NCBI GenBank assembly: GCA_963677925.2
Contig: CAXXYH010000003.1
Location: forward strand, 2,141,823-2,205,822
Direction: 5' to 3'
DNA length: 64,000 bases
Source: Spirochaetia bacterium
GTDB lineage: Bacteria > Spirochaetota > Spirochaetia > UBA9216
The translations under genes were made by a program, and so were the position numbers. Of this stretch, positions 58,197 through 64,000 are shown one piece after another (the first letter of the stretch is position 1; each line of letters begins with the position of its first letter). Under the pieces are notes generated by a model that had not been told where the DNA came from, did no database searches, and saw nothing but the letters and a program-made list of their open reading frames with translations.

Positions 58197-58498
58197 CAGA
58201 TTTCCTCCTTCTTCATACTCAGTGCAGAAAATGAACAGGCCTCAACACATATTCCGCAGCCCTTGCAGAGGTTTAAATTGAATTCAGGTATATCGTCTCC
58301 TGCAGTAATGACACTGTCCGGACATACAGGGACACAAAGGTGGCAGTTTCTGCATTTTTCCTTATCAAGGAAGGGTTTTATACTGCTCCAGTCTCCGGTT
58401 CTGAAACCGGAGGAATTGCCTCCGCTGTACACCGCTCCGCCCGGTGTTATTTTCTGCCAGGGAACATCCGTTCCGATAAAATCTGTTTCTGTTTTCAT
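58196..58498 (-). CDS. porD: 2-oxoacid:ferredoxin oxidoreductase delta (ferredoxin) subunit
   Basis: TGDWS..P, CxxCxxCxxxCP and CKGCGIC...C. Confidence 0.92.
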   Translation of the reverse strand: MKTETDFIGTDVPWQKITPGGAVYSGGNSSGFRTGDWSSIKPFLDKEKCRNCHLCVPVCPDSVITAGDDIPEFNLNLCKGCGICVEACSFSALSMKKEEI

Positions 58499-58500
58499 TA

Positions 58501-59073
58501 TCAACCCACCTCATTCATTGCGGCTTTCAGCGCCTTCAGATTGCCTTCTATCACCTTTGGTTTTGAGGCAAACTTATGCCTGAAGGATTCTTCCATTTCT
58601 TTTATAAAGGTATTCTCTTCCATAATTCCGCTTACCTTCACGACCGCTGCAAGCATCGGCGTATTCGGGAAGTTTTTTCCAAGGCATTCTGTTGAAATTC
58701 TTGCGGCATCTACTGTGTAGACCCTTCCGCTGTAACCGGCCAGTCTGCCGGAAATCTCATCCGGTTTTTTTTCCGAGTTTATTATAATAGCGCCCCCGGC
58801 TTTAAGTCCGGCGGTAACATCAACGGAATCAAGAAGGCTTTCATCAACCACGACAACAAAATCAGGATTATATATATTTGAGTGAACCCTTATTTTTTCA
58901 CTGCTTATCCTGTTGTATGCCGTAATGGGGGCACCCATCCGCTCCGGGCCGTACTCGGGAAAACCCTGAACATACCTTCCGGTACTGAAGGCTACATCAG
59001 CCAGAAGCAGTGAGGCAGTCTTTGCCCCCTGTCCTCCGCGGCCATGCCACCGTATTTCTGTTAATTCGGACAT
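58501..59073 (-). CDS. porC: 2-oxoacid:ferredoxin oxidoreductase gamma subunit
   Basis: EIRWHGRGGQG, FPEYGPERMGAP; GGAGGAG RBS. Confidence 0.94.
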   Translation of the reverse strand: MSELTEIRWHGRGGQGAKTASLLLADVAFSTGRYVQGFPEYGPERMGAPITAYNRISSEKIRVHSNIYNPDFVVVVDESLLDSVDVTAGLKAGGAIIINSEKKPDEISGRLAGYSGRVYTVDAARISTECLGKNFPNTPMLAAVVKVSGIMEENTFIKEMEESFRHKFASKPKVIEGNLKALKAAMNEVG

Positions 59074-59148
59074 ATTTCTCCTCCGCAATCAGATTATGAT
59101 TACAATCCTGTGAGACTGCTTACATAAGTTTTCTATAGAATTAGCGTC

Positions 59149-60339
59149 TTAAATCAGACTTAATGCATGCTCCAGACTGCCTATAATATCTTCAACATCC
59201 TCAATTCCAACCGAAAGCCTCACCAGACCGTCATCGATACCCATCTTGGCCCGATCTTCAGGTTTCAGCATTCCATGGGTCTGCAGAGGCGGCTGCTGAA
59301 TCATCGTATCGCAGTCGCCGAGACTTACGCAGTATTTAGCTATTTCAACATTGTCGGCAAACTTTGTTGCTTTCGTAAGTCCGCCTTTGACAATAAAAGA
59401 TAGCATACCTCCAAAACCTGCCGCGCCGAATAATTTCTTTGCAAGCTCATGATCAGGGTGGTTTTCCAGTCCGGGGTATTCAACTTTCTCGATTTTTTCA
59501 TGCTTTTCAAGCCATTTAGCAACTATCATTGCGTTCTCGGAATGCTGCCTCATCCTGAGATGGAGAGTTTTCAGCCCTCTGAGCATCAGCCAGCAGCTGA
59601 ACGGGCTGGGTACCGGCCCCAGTTCCTGATAGATTGATGAACGGATTTTATCGACAAAACTGTGCTTTCCAACAATTGCCCCGCCCACAAGGTCTCCGTG
59701 TCCGTTGATATATTTTGTTGTGCTGTGAACTACGACATCAACACCGTGCTCTACAGGACGAATCATGTACGGGGTTGTGAATGTACTGTCTACTATTGAA
59801 ACCAGGTTATTCTTTTTTGCGATGGCGGCGAACATATCAATATCAAGCACTGTCATAGTCGGGTTGGCCATAGTCTCCGCATAAAGAACCTTTGTATTCG
59901 GCCTTAACGCCTTAGCTACAGTTTCTTCATCAATGGTTTCTACAAAACTGACTTCAATCTTCAGTTCTTCAAAGATCTGGGTAAACAGCTTAAAAGATCC
60001 GCTGTAGATGGTTTTGAATGCAATAATATGATCACCGGGATGGGCAACGTTAAGCACAGCAAGTGAAATTGCAGCCATTCCGGAAGCTGTAACCAGACAG
60101 CGCTCCGCTCCTTCCAGTGAAGCAATCTTCTCCTGAAGGTCATTCTGAGTCGGGTTCCTTGATCTCCCGTAGGTAAAGATACCTTCCTTATCTCCTGAGA
60201 TGTACCTGTCACGGGTTTCAGGATCCCAGCAGTATGTACTGGTCATATACATGGGAGCAATCAGAGCTCCTGTCAGCGGGTCTATCTTCTGCCCTGCATG
60301 TACAGCTTTTGTTCCAAATTTCATATTTTCCAATTTCAA
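59149..60339 (-). CDS. Cys/Met-metabolism PLP lyase (methionine/cystathionine gamma-lyase family), divergent
   Basis: ASGMAAI, ETMANPT, HSTTKYINGHGD (PLP Lys), LVRLSVGIE. Confidence 0.9.
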   Translation of the reverse strand: MKLENMKFGTKAVHAGQKIDPLTGALIAPMYMTSTYCWDPETRDRYISGDKEGIFTYGRSRNPTQNDLQEKIASLEGAERCLVTASGMAAISLAVLNVAHPGDHIIAFKTIYSGSFKLFTQIFEELKIEVSFVETIDEETVAKALRPNTKVLYAETMANPTMTVLDIDMFAAIAKKNNLVSIVDSTFTTPYMIRPVEHGVDVVVHSTTKYINGHGDLVGGAIVGKHSFVDKIRSSIYQELGPVPSPFSCWLMLRGLKTLHLRMRQHSENAMIVAKWLEKHEKIEKVEYPGLENHPDHELAKKLFGAAGFGGMLSFIVKGGLTKATKFADNVEIAKYCVSLGDCDTMIQQPPLQTHGMLKPEDRAKMGIDDGLVRLSVGIEDVEDIIGSLEHALSLI

Positions 60340-61400
60340 AGTCCTCTCTTATCGTTAATATTAATCGCAATCTTGATATGGTCAGCTCCGTTTCTGATAA
60401 GCTCCTCAAAACCGTCTTCAACAAGTGTTTCCAGCGTCACAACCCTGGTAATCAGATCATCAGCAGGTATTCTGCCCTCGGAAAAATACTCCAGTGCTGT
60501 ACCTATCTCTTCCACATGGGCCTGTGATGTATACATCCGCCTTTCACCTTCCTGAAAATCATTCATAGGAAAAACAGGGGGCTTCTCAAAAACGCCCATG
60601 ACCATCAGCTGGGCGCCAGGCTTCATAATGCTTATACAGCTGTCCAGAGTCCTCTGTGTTCCGACGCATTCATAAACCACGTCGGCATTACGTCCGTCGG
60701 ACCAGGCGGCAACGGTGTCCTTCAGATCCGCTTTCGCGACATCGGTATAAACACCTCCAAACCCCTCGACAAGGGCCTTCCGCTGCTCACCGACACCGGC
60801 AACCAGAACTCTGCCGGCTCCTGCAAGTTTGGCAGCAAAGAAGCAGCCGATTCCAATTATTCCGGGACCTACAATTACAACGTCCTTCCCTTTGATATCG
60901 CCCAGCAGATTGGTTGAATGGATTCCGCATGCAATCGGTTCAGCCAGAACCGCCTGGCGAAGGCTGACATTTTCCGGAATCCGGAAAAGCCGGGCTGCTT
61001 CCACTTCAACAAACTCTGCAAAAGCCCCGTCAAGGTTAACCCCGAGAAATCCCAGTTTTTCACAGACGTTGTAGCGCCCGCTCAGACACATTTCACATTT
61101 TCCGCAGCAGAGTGTTCCATTAGCTGTTACCCTGTCGTCAACCTTCCAGCCTTCAACACCTTCGCCGACAGCAGAAATAATACCTGTAAATTCATGTCCG
61201 ATAGTAAGAGGAGCAACCTTGCCTGTAAGGCGGTGCGGTTTTTCCACCGGGATAAAGTTGGGGCCCGTGTATTCATGGCGGTCGGTTCCGCAGATACCGG
61301 CCCATGCAACTTCAATAACCACATGTCCGGGTTTCGGGGAAGGTACAGGAACATCTGTGATACGGATATCCTTGTAGCCGTGCCATACTGCAGCTTTCAT
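60336..61400 (-). CDS. Zn-dependent alcohol dehydrogenase (butanediol/polyol dehydrogenase-like)
   Basis: GICGTD.HEY, GHEF, CGKCEMC...C, GPGIIG. Confidence 0.92.
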   Translation of the reverse strand: MKAAVWHGYKDIRITDVPVPSPKPGHVVIEVAWAGICGTDRHEYTGPNFIPVEKPHRLTGKVAPLTIGHEFTGIISAVGEGVEGWKVDDRVTANGTLCCGKCEMCLSGRYNVCEKLGFLGVNLDGAFAEFVEVEAARLFRIPENVSLRQAVLAEPIACGIHSTNLLGDIKGKDVVIVGPGIIGIGCFFAAKLAGAGRVLVAGVGEQRKALVEGFGGVYTDVAKADLKDTVAAWSDGRNADVVYECVGTQRTLDSCISIMKPGAQLMVMGVFEKPPVFPMNDFQEGERRMYTSQAHVEEIGTALEYFSEGRIPADDLITRVVTLETLVEDGFEELIRNGADHIKIAININDKRGL

Positions 61401-62389
61401 TATTCTGCCCCTCCGTCAAAAAAACTACGGTACAGAGACTGAAGAATCCTACCCGGCTTCTGTTCCGTTCCGGTTACAAAATCCTTCGGTAGTTTTTCTT
61501 CCACATACTTCATTGCCCCGTTTATAAAATCTATTGAAGCACGGCAGGCTTCGTCCGGATCATCCCTGTAGGGATAGAGATCAAGCGAGTACCATCCGTC
61601 ATATCCAAGACGGTTCATCCAGTAGAAAAGCTCAAAATACTGAGGCCAGTGTACAGTACCTACCGGCATATCATCATCCGCAATACGGTAGTTATCATTT
61701 ACATGAATATGAAACAGTCTGTTCTGTGCAAACAGTATTGAAGCTACCTCAGCAGGGTTTTCACCTGCATTAAAGGCATGTCCGATATCAAGGGTTATAC
61801 CGACATTCGCACAGCCGGTAGCCTGAGCCGCCGCCAGCGCCATTCCGGCATTTTTAATCATACAGCTCATTTTAGGCTCGGAAACCTTATATTCAATACC
61901 GAGATTTATCTGAGGCTTATGCTGTGCGCACTCTCTAATTGAATCGATAAGATTCTGGTAAGCTTTAACATAGTCGTTCTGAAAAACATAATCAAAAACA
62001 TCCTGACCAAGCCAGAGACAGACTGTTTTCACCCCTGCCTCGACAGCAAAATCCATAGCCTTTTTAACAAGGTTAACTGACTTTGCCCGCCTTTCAGGAT
62101 TCAGTGCTGACAGCGAACCGTCCTTCCATTCCCTGTCGCATACAAGCTCAACACCCATACTCACTATACTTAAATGACACTCTGTAAGAAGAGGTTTTAT
62201 AATATCCCAATTGTCTTCACTGACATCACAGGGATATGTAATCTCTATACCGCTGACACCTTCAAGCTTTGAAACGGCCCTTACCCGATCCTCAAATTTC
62301 ACAGGATCTTTGTAACCTGAACCCACATAGCGGTCGGTTCCCATTCCGTATACCCAGGTCCCGACACTGATTTTAGTTTTCATATCCAA
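61400..62389 (-). CDS. xylose-isomerase-like TIM-barrel sugar isomerase
   Basis: WLGQD..DY.FQ, IEYK..EP, D.GHA, HIHVNDN...DDD. Confidence 0.85.
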   Translation of the reverse strand: MDMKTKISVGTWVYGMGTDRYVGSGYKDPVKFEDRVRAVSKLEGVSGIEITYPCDVSEDNWDIIKPLLTECHLSIVSMGVELVCDREWKDGSLSALNPERRAKSVNLVKKAMDFAVEAGVKTVCLWLGQDVFDYVFQNDYVKAYQNLIDSIRECAQHKPQINLGIEYKVSEPKMSCMIKNAGMALAAAQATGCANVGITLDIGHAFNAGENPAEVASILFAQNRLFHIHVNDNYRIADDDMPVGTVHWPQYFELFYWMNRLGYDGWYSLDLYPYRDDPDEACRASIDFINGAMKYVEEKLPKDFVTGTEQKPGRILQSLYRSFFDGGAE

Positions 62390-62429
62390 TAACCCTTTCC
62401 TGTTTCTTCTTTATTAAGAAATAAATCCC

Positions 62430-63329
62430 TCATCGTAGCAGAATCTCTGCAACCCACGCCGCGCTTGTTCCGACAACCGACGGACACTTGTCAAGGGTAT
62501 GCGCACCGGCCTTTTCAAAGGCTTCCTTATCTTCGGACTTCGTTATATGAAATGCCCGTCCGAAGATTTCGCGGTGGATATCATGACAGGTAACTGTACC
62601 GAATGTATCCATATACTTTTTATGGAGCTTACCGACAAGCTTAGTACAGAGATCTTTCTCTTCCTTGTCTCCGTTAAAAAATTCTTTCCGTCTTCCTGCA
62701 TACATTCCCAGCGACAGAATTCCGCCGCTGTAGCCTCCGCATACACCGTCACCAAGCAGACCCATTCCAGCAGCAAAGCCGTTTGCCGCCCGAAACATAA
62801 CAGGGTCTTCCTTTCCGGTTATGTCGGAAACAGCCGCCATATGACACTGGGCGCATCCATGATAAACGACTTCATACATGAAACCCTTTCGATGAGCTTC
62901 TTTCATAATCTCAACTTTACGAACATCCTGAAGACGGAGATCTGGAAGCACCGTACAGGCTTCAGCTATCATCTGGATAAGTTCACTTTCAAACTTCAGT
63001 CCGCATAGTTTTTTTATGGCGCCCTTTAAATCGCCGCCGTTTTTTAATATGGTCGAGTATTCACTGTCGGATGAAATACCGATCGCTGCTGCAGCCGCTG
63101 TGTAGTAAGGATATTCTCCGGCAAGTCTCAACGCCCTGCCTGCCGCGGCAATTCGTTCCAGCGGACTCATGTTTCCATCTGCCTGAATCAGGCCGGACTT
63201 ATCACCCTCAAGCAGCCGGACTTCCTTTTCTGTCAGAACCAGCAGTTCCGCCCCTTTTTCTCCGGCGACCCCGGAACCGACAAGAGTGTAGGCAATGTCT
63301 CCGATTATTTTTTCCAGCATTGAAATCAT
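62430..63329 (-). CDS. C-GCAxxG-C-C family redox protein with an extra N-terminal domain
   Basis: GCAQC, G.CGGYSGG, FG...C..I, KC..VV. Confidence 0.8.
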   Translation of the reverse strand: MISMLEKIIGDIAYTLVGSGVAGEKGAELLVLTEKEVRLLEGDKSGLIQADGNMSPLERIAAAGRALRLAGEYPYYTAAAAAIGISSDSEYSTILKNGGDLKGAIKKLCGLKFESELIQMIAEACTVLPDLRLQDVRKVEIMKEAHRKGFMYEVVYHGCAQCHMAAVSDITGKEDPVMFRAANGFAAGMGLLGDGVCGGYSGGILSLGMYAGRRKEFFNGDKEEKDLCTKLVGKLHKKYMDTFGTVTCHDIHREIFGRAFHITKSEDKEAFEKAGAHTLDKCPSVVGTSAAWVAEILLR

Positions 63330-63341
63330 CTCCGGGTGAAC

Positions 63342-64000
63342 TTAGTTTTCCGGGTCCAGAAGAACTTTCAGTCCCTTACGTTCTGAAACTGTTCTTAAGG
63401 CCTCATCCCACTTTGAAAGAGGAAATACATGTGAAACTATTGCATCAGTGTTGACCTTTCCAAGCTGCACCAGACGCATGGCTTTATGCCAGGATGTGGG
63501 TATCTGTGCATGAGACCCCTGAACTGTCAGTTCCTTCTTTTTTATATTATGAAAGTCAATTGTAATATCACTGTTAAAAATACCCATTGGAACAAAGGTT
63601 CCACGCCTGGCCACAATTTCAAGCGCCAGTGAGACTGCGGCTGTAGAACCTGTGGCTTCAACAACAACGTCAGCTCCGTATCCCTCTGTTACTTCTTTTA
63701 CAATTTTCATTACATCATCTGTCTGAACATCAACGACCCGGTCGATTCCAAGTGATAGAGCCAAATCGAGCCTGGATCTGTCCGAGGTTGTGCCTCCGAC
63801 AATTACAAAGGCGCCCTGAGCTTTTGCAACCTGGGCGGCAAACAAACCGATCGGGCCCGGGCCAAGAATGACAACAACACTGCCGACGTTAACAACTGTT
63901 CTTTCAGTCAGTGCATGAACTCCGCAGGCCAGGGGCTCAATACAGGCGCCCTGATCAAAAGTAAGATCATCAGGAAGAGGCATGATACTCTCAGCCCGGT
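63342..64000 (-). CDS. Zn-dependent alcohol dehydrogenase (5' end outside the window)
   Basis: IEPLACGVHA, GPGPIGL, GADVVVEATG, KVLL.P. Confidence 0.9.
   Translation of the reverse strand, partial: RAESIMPLPDDLTFDQGACIEPLACGVHALTERTVVNVGSVVVILGPGPIGLFAAQVAKAQGAFVIVGGTTSDRSRLDLALSLGIDRVVDVQTDDVMKIVKEVTEGYGADVVVEATGSTAAVSLALEIVARRGTFVPMGIFNSDITIDFHNIKKKELTVQGSHAQIPTSWHKAMRLVQLGKVNTDAIVSHVFPLSKWDEALRTVSERKGLKVLLDPEN

Noticed and set aside
970-63454. Many 60-200 aa ORFs overlapping called genes (e.g. 1327-1896, 12133-12744, 21068-21682, 32308-32826, 60918-61442)
   Set aside because: Lie within or opposite well-supported genes and show no recognisable motifs.
1-64000. Mobile elements, prophage, defence systems, tRNA or rRNA
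   Set aside because: No transposase, integrase, phage, nuclease or structural-RNA signature recognised by eye.

Overview
Gene-dense bacterial chromosomal window, most likely from a free-living anaerobic spirochaete (inferred from the long Borrelia/Treponema-type thymidine kinase, 'AxA-GGxxE' exported-protein N-termini and the cyclophilin-FKBP fusion). I saw no rRNA, tRNA, CRISPR array, transposase or phage gene. Main contents, in order: ROK- and MarR-regulated divergons; an ABC-2 exporter; an OmpR-type two-component system preceded by two uncharacterised exported proteins; an RpiR-controlled SDR/split-transketolase operon; a LysR-controlled esterase/amidohydrolase/peptide-ABC island; housekeeping and signalling genes (rarD, plsC, recQ, GGDEF, HD-GYP, EAL, proVWX, tdk, serA, PPIase); a second RecQ-family gene broken by a frameshift inside a palindrome; and a long minus-strand cluster joining sugar enzymes to a divergent PLP lyase, a four-subunit 2-oxoacid:ferredoxin oxidoreductase and RidA. 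Best candidates for undescribed biology: (i) the two exported proteins, which share an unannotated ~60-aa domain and sit under a probable response-regulator box; (ii) the sugar/PLP-lyase/Por/RidA pathway; (iii) apparent leaderless architecture in about ten genes. All calls come from reading motifs by eye; no database searches were run.
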